Assembly: GCF_036365525.1 (NCBI RefSeq)
Contig: NC_090404.1
Coordinates: 13,606,550 to 13,670,549 of the forward strand
DNA from: Heterodontus francisci
Taxonomy: Eukaryota
Direction: 5' to 3'
Length of the DNA: 64,000 nt
A program made the translations under genes and the position numbers. The notes beneath the pieces are model-generated. The model worked only from the letters and a program-made list of their open reading frames with translations. It was not told the origin of the DNA and did no database searches. The first letter of the stretch is position 1. Each line of letters begins with the position of its first letter. Positions 52,905-64,000 of the stretch are shown here, piece by piece.

Positions 52905-53062
52905 CACAGTGATACAGAACACGGAGAGAGCTGTACAAAAACCTGAACATGGTGAGGATTACAGACACACAGTGACACAGAGTACGGAGAGAGCTGTACA
53001 AAAACCTGAACATGGTGGGGATTACAGACACACAGTGATACAGAGCACGGAGAGAGCTGTAC
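52905..53062 (+). repeat. Three tandem 23-RSS units, 63-bp period
   Basis: CACAGTG at 52905, 52968 and 53031. ACAAAAACC at 52935 and 52998. The third nonamer is replaced by LINE sequence. Confidence 0.95.
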
Positions 53063-56000
53063 TTATCCTGAGACTGTGCCCCCTGATTCCTCAACCAACT
53101 AACCTATCCAGCTCCTTCAGAATCTTGTATATTTCAATGAGATTGCCTCTCATTCTTCTAAACTCCAGAGAATATAAGCCTAATTTACTCAACCTCTCAT
53201 CATAGGTCAAACCACTCATCCCAGGGGCCAATCCAGTGAATCTTTGCTGTACCGCCTCCAATGCAAATATCTCGTTCCTTAAATGTGGAGAACAAACTGC
53301 ACACAGTACTCTAGATGTGGTCTCACCAAAACCTTGTACAGTTGTAGCAAGACCTCGCTATCCCTGTACTCCAATCCCCTTGCAATAAAGGCCAACATGC
53401 CATTTGTCTTTCTAATCTCTTGCTGCACGTGCTTGCCACCTTTTTTGCGCCTTGTACAAGCACACCTAAGACTCTTTGAACATCAACACTTGCAAGTTTC
53501 ACACCTTTTGAAAATATTCTGCTCTTCTATTCTTACGACCAAAGTGAACAACTTCACACTTCCCTACATTATACTCTATCTGCCATCTTGTTGCCCACTC
53601 AGTTAACCTGTTTATATCTCTTTGTAGCCTCTCCCCACCCTCCCCACAGCCTACCTTTCCACCTACCTTTGTATCATCAGCAAACGTAAATATATTACTC
53701 TCTGCTTGTCCATCTAAGTCATTGATATAGATTGCAAAGAGCTGAGGCCCCAGCACTGATCCTTGTGGTACTCCACTATTCAACTTGCCTGCCAACATGA
53801 AAATGCCCTGTTTATGCCCACGTTTTGCTTCCTGTCCATTAACCAATCCTTTATCCATGCTAATATATTACTCCCAGCTCCACGAGCCCTTACCTTGGCT
53901 AGTAACCGTTTGTGTGGCACCTTATCGAATGCCTTCTGGAAATCCAGGTGCACTGTATTTAATGGTGCCCCTTTATCTACCCTACTCGTCACATCCTCAA
54001 AAAACTCTAATAAACAAGTCAAACAGGATTTTTCCATTAACATACCGTTTGCGTTTGCTCCATGACCTTCTGGCCAGTTATTCTCTGTGACCCTGTCCTA
54101 TCAACAGCTTTTTTGTTATCTCTTGCCTAACTCCCGCTTTACTTGCTTAAAACGTTTTGCATTTCTGATATTTGTCAGTTCTGATGCAGGGTCACTGACC
54201 TGAAACGTTAACTCTGCTGCTCTCTCCACAGATGCTGCCAGACATGCTGAGTATTTCCAGCATTTCTTGTTTTTATTTCCCATTAGTAAAACCATGTTGA
54301 CTTGTTCGAAACATAGTGTGCTTTTCTAAGTGAAATTTTAAGACTGCCTTTATAATAATTATAGCAATTTCCCAACGACTGAATTGTGGCTAACGGGCCT
54401 GTAGTTCACTGTTTTCTCTTTCCCACCTTTCTTGAAAAGCAGTGTAACATTTGCCAACTTCCAATCTGATGGGACAGTTCCCAAATCTAAGGAATTTTAG
54501 AAACTCATAGCTAGCACATCCAATATCTCTTCAGCTATCGCTTTTAGAACCCTAGGGTATAGGCCATCAGCTCAGATTTTGTCAGATTTTAGGCTCTTAC
54601 GTTTCTACAATACATTTTCTCTGCTGATATTTATTTCCTTAATTTCCTCACTCTTTTTAGACCCTTGGTTACCGTCTATTTCTGGTATGGAACTTGTGTC
54701 TTCTACTTTGAAGACAGACACAAAATATTTGTTCAATGCCTTTGCCATTTCCTCATGCCCCATGATAATCTCTCCTGTCTCTGTTTCTAAGAGGCGAACG
54801 TTTACTTTAGCTTCCTCTTCATATTCCTATGAAAGGTCTTACAATCTATTTTGTACTACTGGCTAGTTTACTCATATTCTTTTTTCCCCTTTATATCAAT
54901 TTTTGGTGGCCCCTTTCTGCTTTTTAAAACAACCCAAAACCTTAGACTTGCTACTCATTTTTTGCAACATTGTAAGCTTCTTCTTTTAATCTAATAGCCA
55001 CGGATGGGTCTTTCATAGAGTCGTACAGCATCGAAACAGGCCCTTCGGCCCACCGCGTCCATGCCGACTATAATGCCTATCTATACTAATCCCACCTGCC
55101 TGCATTAATTCCATATCCCTCTATGCCTTGCTCATTCTTGCTGACTTTTTGTTTTTCACTTGAACGCATTTTTGTTGAACATTTTGAATTATATCTTTAA
55201 ATGTTTCCTGTTCATTTACCGCCATACCTTTTATTCTATTTTCCTATTTACCTTAGCCGGGTCTCCCCTAATACCTACGTAGTTGGCTTTGTTTAAGATT
55301 CTTGTTTGTGATTGGAGTATGTCGCTTTGAAACTTAACATGGAATTCAATAGTATTATGATCACTATTTCCCAGTGCATCTTTTACTATGACATTACTAA
55401 TGAACCCTGCTTCATTAGACGATACGAGATGGAAGATAGCTTTATATCTAGTCGGTTCCACAAGGTATTGCGTCAAGAAGCTGTCCCAAAAAAAATTCTA
55501 CAATCTCATCTTCAAGAGCATTCTTGGCAATTACATTGACCCAGTCTATATGAAAAGTAAAGTCCTCCAGAATTATTATATAGCCTTTGCGACAAACTCC
55601 AATAATTTATTGCTTGATTCTCTGTCTAACGGTATAACTACTGATAGTCACCCTATAAACTACGCCCACCAGCGTTTTCTGAATCTTGCTATCCCCAATT
55701 TCAACCCATGCTGATTTTGCTTCATGATCTTCTGAGGCCAGATCCTTTCTCACTAATGTCTTTCTGTCATCATTGACTTCTCCTCCTTTGCCATCTGCCT
55801 GTCTTTCCAATATCTTTTCTGGACTATTTAATTCCCAATCTTAATGACCACGTAACCATATCCCTATCATGGCGATTAGATCTAAATCATTTACCTCTAT
55901 TCGTACCACTAGTTCATCTTTCTTATTGCAGATGCTTCACGCATTCAGATAAAGAACCTTTAATTTCATTATTACTTCTACTCCCTGTAATGACCTTATT

Positions 56001-56505
56001 CGCTGATATACAATTTTTGGTAAAATCTCTGCCCCTTCCTGTCCCATTCTGCTTTTCTTTACCCACAACTCTATACTGTTCCGATGTCTCAACCTTTCTC
56101 TTTCGATTTCTAAGTCTGCCCTCACCCGAACCATTCCGCACCACTATTAGTTCACAACCTCTAGCCTTATCCGCTGGTGCACTCTTAAGTTTGTTCGCTC
56201 TGTCCCTTCCTGACACACTCTGATTGTCATTGCCCTTATTGCTATCTTGCCTTCTCCTCTCTCTCTTAAAATTATCACATCTTCCCACACTTGATCCGTC
56301 GTCCACACTATTTACTTTAAAGCCCTCTCTACCACCCGAGTTATACGACTCACCAGAACACTGATCCCAGCACGGTTCAAAGGAAGACGTCCCAACAGTA
56401 CAGCTCCCACGTACTGGTGCCAGTGCCCCATGAATCAAATCCCATTTCTCCTGCACCAATCTTTGAGCCACGTTTTTCAATCGTTGATCTTATTTACCCT
56501 GTACC
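53063..56505 (-). mobile_element. CR1-like LINE (ORF1 end, endonuclease, RT) with a nested Penelope fragment at about 54040-54280
   Basis: LKVLYLNA, LGNSDHN, LDFQKAFDKVPH and GVPQGSVLGPQLF..FADDTK motifs. Confidence 0.9.
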
Positions 56506-56578
56506 AATTTGCTCGTGTCTGTTATCCCCACCATGTTCAGACTTTTCTACAGCTCTCTCCGTTCTCTATACCACTGTG

Positions 56579-56843
56579 CTCCACGCCCACTCAGTGCGCA
56601 GTAATACACAGCGGAGTCGCTCAGTTTTAGTTTAGAAATATTTAACTGGCTGATTCTCTCGGCAGGATCGATAGAAGCAGAAAGTGTGTCTCTGAATCAG
56701 GTATTTCAGAGCCTGCCCTGGGGATTGACGGTACCAATGTACTCTGTACTGACAGAACCCTGAATATTCGTAGCTTAAAGTAACAGTATCACCGGCAGCA
56801 GAGGTTTGTAGAGGCGGATTCTGGGACACCAGGGAACAGGAAT
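56579..56843 (-). pseudogene. TRDV: Inverted supporting V-delta pseudogene
   Basis: Paralog of 52598-52904 with Cys23 changed to Tyr (LSYEYSGFCQY) and a ~38-nt frameshifting deletion after QRHT. RSS CACAGTG (56572-56578), 23 nt, AGAAAAGTC (degenerate). Confidence 0.92.
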
Positions 56844-58074
56844 CTGTAGGATGAAAATGCGATTTTCATTTTTTTAAATTTAGAGATACGGCACTGAAAC
56901 AGGCCCTTCGGCCCACCCAGACTGTGCCGACCAACAACCACCCATTTATACTAACCCTACAGTAATCCCATATTCCCTATCACCTCCTTACACTAGGGGC
57001 AATTTACAATGGCCAATTTACCTATCACCTGCAAGTCTTTTGGATGTGGGAGGAAACCGGAGCACCCGACAAAAACCCCCGCAGACACAGGGAGAACTTG
57101 CAAACTCCGCACAGGCAGTACCCAGAATCGAACCCGGGTCCCTGGAGCTGTGAGGCTAACCACTGCGCCACTGTGCCGCCCACAAGATATTATGTCTTTA
57201 GTTGTTGTTTCCCCGGATAAACTTGTCAATCGGAGCATTTTCTGCCTTTTAAGGTATTGTTGTTCTTCCGATGAAAACTGTTCCAGCTTTATTATTTTTT
57301 TTGGGAAAAGAACCAGCTCGGAGCTGTGGAGAAATAATTTATACAGCGAGATGTTATAATCCAGAATTCACTGTCTGAAAAAGTGGTGGACGAAGATTCA
57401 ATAATAGCTTTCAACAGGAAATTGGATAGATACTGGAGAAGGAAGAATTGGCTGTGGGGAAAGAGCAGGGGTGGGACTAACTGAACAGATCTACCAAAGA
57501 GCCGACAGAAGTAAGATGGACCGAATGTTTTCATTCTGTGTTGCATGATTCCTCAATTTCTATTAAATATAGGTTTCTGTTTTTCATGATGGAATTCGTA
57601 CGGTAGAAACATTTTAATAGTCTCTTCCTCACGGAGACAATCACCTTCCAACAATGTTTGAGCAAGCGTAACCCAGTTGCATTATGTTTAACTGAGCACA
57701 GTAAGCTGTAACAGAAAGCAATGAGATACCTGACAACGATTGAGTCAAGTGGCGCTTAACATCTGTGTATTGCTGATCAGAATTTATCTGCAGTTTCATC
57801 CTTGCAGGGAGCTCCTGTCTGCCTCAAGCTCTATTTGTTTATTTTCCCCAATAAGGGACCTATTTTGTTCCATCTCACTTTAATCTCTGATTTATATGGG
57901 TACTTCATTTTATTTCTACATCTGGGTCGTTCATTTTGTGCTATATTTGGATTTTGCTCCACCATGAGAATTTGTGATGAAGTCTCTCAGTTGTCGATTG
58001 GGTTCAGTCTGTACAGTTTCCACAGTGGTTTTATTGTTACTCACTGGAAACCTGCACTTCCGGCTCTCTGACGG

Positions 58075-59498
58075 GGTCACAGATTTATAGAAAGACATGT
58101 CCAGACGGTCAAAAGAACACTAGTGAAATTCCAAGAGTCGAAGGAAGACCCAAACCTGGCCTTATTGTCACTTCAATCCGCACGTCTCAAGGCTGACATG
58201 AAATCACCTGTTAAATGAAAGAAAATACAAGACAACTCTGCCAAGCAAAATACATCCTCCAAGTGACTAGGAGGAAGTGAGACAACAGCTCACTGAAGCA
58301 CAGGTAAGAGGAGCGTAAAACTTCAATAAGCATACTAAATCCCTACCCAAGCTGTTGAAAACACAAACTGTACAATGTACAGAATCCAATCATGAAAACC
58401 TGGAGCCCAGCAAAAGTTGTTGGTGAAATTAAGACTCCAAGGTCATATATCATCGAGACCAAAACCGGTAACCAAATGAATGGGCAAAACAGTGGTGCAG
58501 TGCTAGCACTGCAGCCTCACAGCTCCAGTGACCCGGGTTAGGTTCTGGGTACTGCATGTGCAGAGTTTGCAAGTTCTCCCTGTGACTGTGTGGGTTTCCT
58601 CCGGGTGCTCCGGTTTCCTCCCACATGCCAAAGACTTGCGGGCTGATAGGTAAATTGGCCATTGTAAAAATTGCCCCAAGTGTAGGTAGGTGGTAGGAGA
58701 ATTGAGGGAAGATAGGCATGTGAAAGGGAAAATAGGATTAATGTACGATTAGTATAAATGGGTGGTTGATGATCAGCGCTTACTCGGTGGGCCGAAGGGC
58801 CTGTTTCAGTGTTGTATCTCTCTATGACTCTATAATTCATATTCGACCTAGACCTGAGCTGGAACAATAGAAAAGACCATCAGCAACACCGGAAACATCA
58901 CTATCCAGCGAGACAACATTAACAACATCACCAGCAAGTGACACGACATCACCTGTACAGCGTGCCAACTCACCACTGAGAGCAACAAATGCCAAATCTA
59001 CAAGATGGAGGCACAACATCTTACCACATAAGCGATAACGTGAATAATTTAAAAAAATATATAAGCTATGAAAGATAGACCCTAACGAGGGTCTTTAATA
59101 GATTATTTCCACAAGTCGGATGATAATCTTCTTAATTTATATTGACAGTTATATTGATATAGGGGTATTATGTTTTAAAGAAAGAGGGATGTTATATTTG
59201 TTATACATTGTTATACTATCTGTAAAGTGTTACAAATTAATTAGTTATTATGTGTAAGTCTTCCAGTGGAGGGGAGGGGGCGGGGGTTGGGGGGGGGGGG
59301 GTGGTGGGGGTGTTGGTGGGTACCACATTCACAGCTGCACTGGGGAGTCTTGTTATATGTTACACAACAATCTGTTGAATCCGGTTCTATAGCAGAGAGC
59401 TTGGTGCTGTAATAAACAAGATTGACTTCAGCCTTCCAAGTTTAAAGTGTGATTCTTTCCAACACCTGGGAACCAGAAAACAACATAAAGACGTAACA
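58075..59498 (+). mobile_element. Gypsy-type LTR retrotransposon 3' remnant
   Basis: Integrase-like ERHVQTVKRTLVK...DPNLALL...KSP from about 58090. Polypurine tract aaagaaagaggga, then LTR TGTTA...TAACA (59190-59498) with an internal AATAAA. Confidence 0.75.
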
Positions 59499-59714
59499 AA
59501 ATCACAAACTAATTAATTCTGCAAGTGGAATTTGCCTGTTCTTGTTGAGTGCCGTGTTTGTTGTGTGCCCGTTTAAGAATCTCCCCTGTGACCCTCACGT
59601 TGGAGGCTTAATTATTGTTTCTGTTTATGGGTGTGAGAGCGCCCTCTGGTGAACACTAACTGGAACTCTCAGTGTGGGTTTCTGCCCAGCATCCGCTCTA
59701 TCTTTGCAGCAGTG

Positions 59715-59930
59715 AGGGGTTCATGGCACAGAAATACACTACGGTGTCGGAGATCAGGGGATTGCTCATAGTAGTCTCCGTGATCTTGGTCGTTTTACTA
59801 AACGTAGAAGAGCAGCGGTCATCTCAGTAGGGTTTCTGGTTTACTATCCCTGCATAGAGATAAAACACATATTGTGGAATATGTGCAGGATGCTGATTGC
59901 ACCAGAACAAAGAAGGGTCAAAATAACTGT
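59715..59930 (-). pseudogene. TCR V pseudogene (3' two-thirds)
   Basis: DPSLFWCNQHPAHIPQYVFY...PY*DDR...ISDTVVYFCAMN, with an in-frame stop. Degenerate RSS CACTGCT, 22 nt, GCAGAAACC. 5' part cut by a SINE. Confidence 0.75.
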
Positions 59931-60486
59931 TTATTTATTTTTGGCGATACAGCACTGAAACAGGCCCTTCGAGTCTGTGCCGACCATCAACCACCCATTT
60001 ATACTAATCCTACACTAATTCCATATTCCTACCACATCCCCACCTGTCCCTATATTTCCCTACTGCCTACCTATACTAGGGGCAATTTATATAATGACCA
60101 ATTTACCTATCAACCTGCAAGTCTTTGGCATGTGGGAGGAAACCGGAGCACCCGGAGAAAACCCACACAGACACAGGGAGAACTTGCAAACTCCACACAG
60201 GCAGTACCCAGAATTGAACCCAGGTCGCTCGAGCTATGAAGCTGCGGTGCTAACCACTGTGCCACTCTGCTGCCCTGACTTGTCTGGTTTCCCTTTGAAA
60301 GCAGCTAAGCCATTTCCTTTTCACATCTACCCTGTCCAACCCATTCATAATTTTAAAGACCTCTATCACATCACCTCTAAGTCTTCCCTTTTCTAAAGAA
60401 AAAAAGCCCCACCCTGTTCAATTCTTTCCCGATAGCTGTAATCTCTCAGTATACAAAAGCATCACTGTCATAGAATGGCTCCAGGA

Positions 60487-60810
60487 AGAGGCCTGCTAGC
60501 CGACCCAAACCCAACAGGACCCGATGACATGCGTCGGGTTCGGGTCGGGCCGGACACACACGGTAAGTATTGAAATTAAACTTATTGGAGCTGGGAGTTC
60601 GGGACGAAACCGAGTCTGCGCAGTGAGCGAGTGACGTCACTATGACATCATCGTACATGCGTTGCAGCTTTGTGGATCTTCCCAGTCGGAAGGTAAGTGA
60701 AGGGAGAGTCGAGTTAAGCTCGGAGCAAAATCGGAGGGACTCGGGCCAGGTCGGGCTTGGGTCCGCTGTCATTCGGTCGGGTTCTTTTTTGCCAACCTGA
60801 GCAGGCCTCT
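60487..60810. mobile_element. MITE with 11-bp terminal inverted repeats
   Basis: agaggcctgct ... agcaggcctct, with internal (cgggt)/(acccg) subterminal repeats. Confidence 0.6.
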
Positions 60811-60969
60811 AGTGCCAGCACAGAAAAAGGCCATCCTATCTGTGCTGGCTCCCTGAAGGAGCAATTCACCTCGTGCCACTCCTCCACCTTCTCCCCGTAG
60901 CCCTGCATATTCCTCCTTTTCAGATAATAAACCAACTCCCTCTTGAATGCTTCAATTGAACCAGCCTGG

Positions 60970-62020
60970 GCCTTTTATCCTTTCTTACACTTGATAATTT
61001 CAGTTCTCATACCTTTGGTTACTCTCACGGACAAGTCCCAGCTCCCCATATCCTCCATAGTGCCTCTCCCCGACCCGGGCTCCAGGGACGGTATCGATAA
61101 CGTGCCCAGGATCACCAAACACAAAACCCAGTCTGTTCATCACCTTCAGCCACTGGACCCAGTGTGTGTCCCACAGCATCTCTCTCACCCTCGATGTGTG
61201 ACCAGAGCATCACGCCAGCAAACCTGGTTTAAATTTAAACCCACTCAGGAAATATATTTAACAGGAGTCTGCAGGCCGACGAGACCCCGCCAAGCCGCCA
61301 GTGTGCTGCTGCACTGCTCCGCATCCTACCCGGGAGGGAAAATAACTGAATCTTTGCCCCAGTGCAACCCCTGCTGCTCTGAAATGTGGGTGCAGACCAA
61401 TGAGCCCCACATCCCCGCTCATGTCCGCTGCAACCGTGCAGAAAGGAGATGTGCAAAGAGATGGTCCCCGCATGGAGGTGTTTATCAAGGTGCATTTTAG
61501 TGCGGCATTACTTTCCTCTTCAAACGACATTGCGGGAGCCGAGTGTTCCACTGCGTCTTGGTGGCGTCATTTAAATATAAAATAACAATAATAGACATCA
61601 ACATATCATAGTCGTCATCATCAGCATCATCATTTTGCCAACAATGCCATCTGGGTTACAGCAGTGGTGGCATAATGGATTTTTACAGGGAAGGAAATGC
61701 TTACTGAGAAGTGATATAATGATGAGGAGAGGTGTGAGATGGTTCCGCAGGATGCTCCACGCGTCTGTAACTCTGCAGTCCTGGAGATGCTCTGTCGGAG
61801 CCGGCATACAGATCCCAGCCCGATTGCACTACTGATCCAACTAATGCCCAACAGGGAACAGCGGCAGCAATCTCTCCAAAAACACAAGGCATGGTGGGTC
61901 AGAGCGACAGCAGCTAAAGGAACTTGTCGGAAGGGGGTATTGCAGTTTGTTTTGTCACACGTAGCATCCACCTGTAAGGAATTGCAGAGCTGTCTTTACT
62001 TTCTCTCACCATGAACCCTT
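60970..62020. mobile_element. Possible decayed Harbinger-like transposon (Myb/SANT-like remnant)
   Basis: Minus-strand THWVQWLKVMNRL resembles the RTWxQCxKxxNDL motif of Harbinger Myb proteins. Similar relic at about 5850-6550. Confidence 0.3.
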
Positions 62021-62552
62021 CCTTCGTGCTTTGGCAGAATACACCTCAAGGAGACAAATCCAAGAGGATTGACTAGCTACGCACGTGCGAATGTTTTAAC
62101 AAACACTGTATCTCAGTGCCTGACAGCAATGCATCTAGGCGGATATCCGACAGAACCGAATTATTGAAGTAGACCTCGGGGGCACGGGTCCGACACATCA
62201 AGTGCAATTAGATAAACCAATATCATCTTTACACACAAAAAGTGATGAATGTGTGCAGTACGTTTCATGTCGGAACAAAACGGAGAATTGTTTTAGGAAG
62301 GGTTTTGGGCCACAGTGTGGGTGGGTGTTAGGATCTTCCAAAATGGCCGGGAAAATAAGGGCCGAATGGCCTCCCTCATTCCGAATGACCTTGTGAAGCG
62401 GAGCAAAGGCAGAGTTGGCCGTTCGCTCAATAAGAAGACAGTGCTAACCAGAAAAATAGCGTGGGCGGCCGGTGCGAACTGGGAGGGAGTGCGAGCTGGT
62501 GTCGGTGAGAAACACTGAGGGTGGGAGGTCCGGTGTGAGCTCAGAGACAGTG

Positions 62553-62560
62553 TGACGTCA
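62553..62560. promoter_or_regulatory. CRE palindrome upstream of a TCR V gene
   Basis: TGACGTCA about 230 nt upstream of the V ORF. CRE-like motifs are typical of TCR V promoters. Confidence 0.45.
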
Positions 62561-62841
62561 GAGATAGCGTGAGGTGGTGTCAGTGAGAAAAAGGGAGTGT
62601 GGGCAGTCCTGTGTCGGTAAACTTCCAGACTCAGATTGTTTCCTCAGTTTGACAGGAAGAACCCCCTGTGTTGGACCTGAAACGGGAGTTTAGCTCCTTG
62701 TTAATTCTCCCGCATATAATATTCGTGTCCTGGTTCTTAGTTGACTGCTGTGCCTAATATCTTCAGACCTTGGTGAATCGGATCTGATAATGTTCTGGAT
62801 TTACAGAGTTGTCTTGCTGTTTTACACTCTGATTTGTACAG

Positions 62842-63124
62842 ATGTGACTGGTGAAGATGGGGTGGTGCAGCTCCCTCGGCTGGTGGTTGTGAATGAAGTG
62901 GGAATGGTATCCATGAACTGCTCTGCTACCGCTGCATTTAGCATCTTGCGCTGGTACAGACAGTACCCCAATCAGAGTCCCCAGCATCTGGTGATGGCCA
63001 CACGCGGGACTGATGAACAAGGGAGGATCACTGCTTCAATCGAGGGAGGCAATAAGCTCAGCACCCTGACTGTGAGAATGGCGCAAGTGACAGACACCGC
63101 CACCTATCTCTGTGCAATGACAGC
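62842..63124 (+). CDS. TCR alpha/delta-type V exon
   Basis: DVTGEDGVVQ...VSMNCS...WYRQYPNQSPQHL...TDTATYLCAMT. RSS CACAGTG (63125), 23 nt, ACAGAAACC (63155-63163). Confidence 0.9.
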
Positions 63125-64000
63125 CACAGTGTCACAAACAGATGGAGAGTCCGTACAGAAACCTGCACCGCGGGAGACAGCCGCTTTACTGTATTTGTAG
63201 TAACTGCATTGCGAGCTGCCCGGTAAATATAATCGGGAGTGCGGGGTGATGGCGGTCTGTAGAGAGAATGAGATCAAAAAGTAAATAGAAAAAAGAGAGA
63301 ATGGTAAAGAAATTGAGAAGCAAAAAGAATTTGAAACACAAACAAAGAAAGCACGAAAGGAAGAATGAGAGCGAGAAAGAGAAAACACTTTAATTCGTGC
63401 AGAAGACAGAAAAGTAGGAAAACAATGAAAGACAAATAAATGAAAGTGGGAAAGAACGAGCGTGAAACACAAAGCTAAAATATTACAGTTAAGATAAAGC
63501 CAGAAAGAGATTCAGAAATAACGTAAAATGTACTTTCCTCCAATCTCATTCATTCTCGGTTCCTCTTATCACACAGTTGTATTGTTTGAAACACGTTTCC
63601 CTGTAAAAGGCAGCTTAAAACTGTCCAAAAGCTGAACTCAGTTTGCTTTGCCCATTATCCTGAAAGTGCAAAGTTCTCAGAGTCACCGCCAGAGAGCGCC
63701 CTGGTCACATGTTTCTCGCTGCTGTCAGCTGGAAATTAGAGACAAACATTGCGGTATCACACCTGAGACAGCATCGCCCACAGCTTCCGTTTCCTATTCT
63801 CGCTCTGACCCGCCTTTCCTGCCCTTTGTTACTGGAGAAATTGCTGCCGCTGGTCCCTGTTTGGCATTAGTTGGATCATCAGTGCAGTTGGGTGGGGACC
63901 TATATTTCTGCTGCCGCAGAGGATTTCCAGGACTGCAAGATTACAAACTCACTGAGCACCATGCGGAACCGTCTCACGCCGCTCCTCATCATTATATCAC

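Noticed and set aside
52905-56578. Recombination between the two facing supporting-V RSSs
   Set aside because: Both have 23-nt spacers, violating the 12/23 rule, and the second nonamer is degenerate.

Overview
Eukaryotic, repeat-rich genomic DNA from a cartilaginous fish. From memory the C-mu exons closely resemble horn shark (Heterodontus) IgM; I could not verify this by search. The window is an antigen-receptor region. It contains one complete but damaged IgM heavy-chain cluster on + (13.7-29.1 kb): leader, germline-joined V-D-D with a 12-RSS, one JH, CH1-CH4 with secretory tail, TM1 and TM2. CH1 has a frameshift and a stop, and CH3 is split by a Penelope-like retroelement. Directly downstream are TCR alpha/delta-type V segments in both orientations, an apparently intact NAR-TCR cassette (L-V, D, J, and a leaderless supporting V-delta), and an inverted pseudo-copy of the supporting V-delta. 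The most unusual observations are: (i) an orphan signal-peptide exon inside the JH-CH1 intron; (ii) a triplicated, in-frame 63-bp RSS unit behind the supporting V-delta; (iii) 12/23 compatibility between the pre-joined IgM VDD and the NAR-TCR J; and (iv) phase-compatible short exons at 7-12 kb that resemble the tail of an ITIM-type receptor. The rest is CR1/L2-like LINEs, SINEs, Penelope fragments with hammerhead-ribozyme motifs, LTR relics, MITEs and minisatellites. Repeat boundaries are approximate; exon and RSS coordinates were counted by hand.
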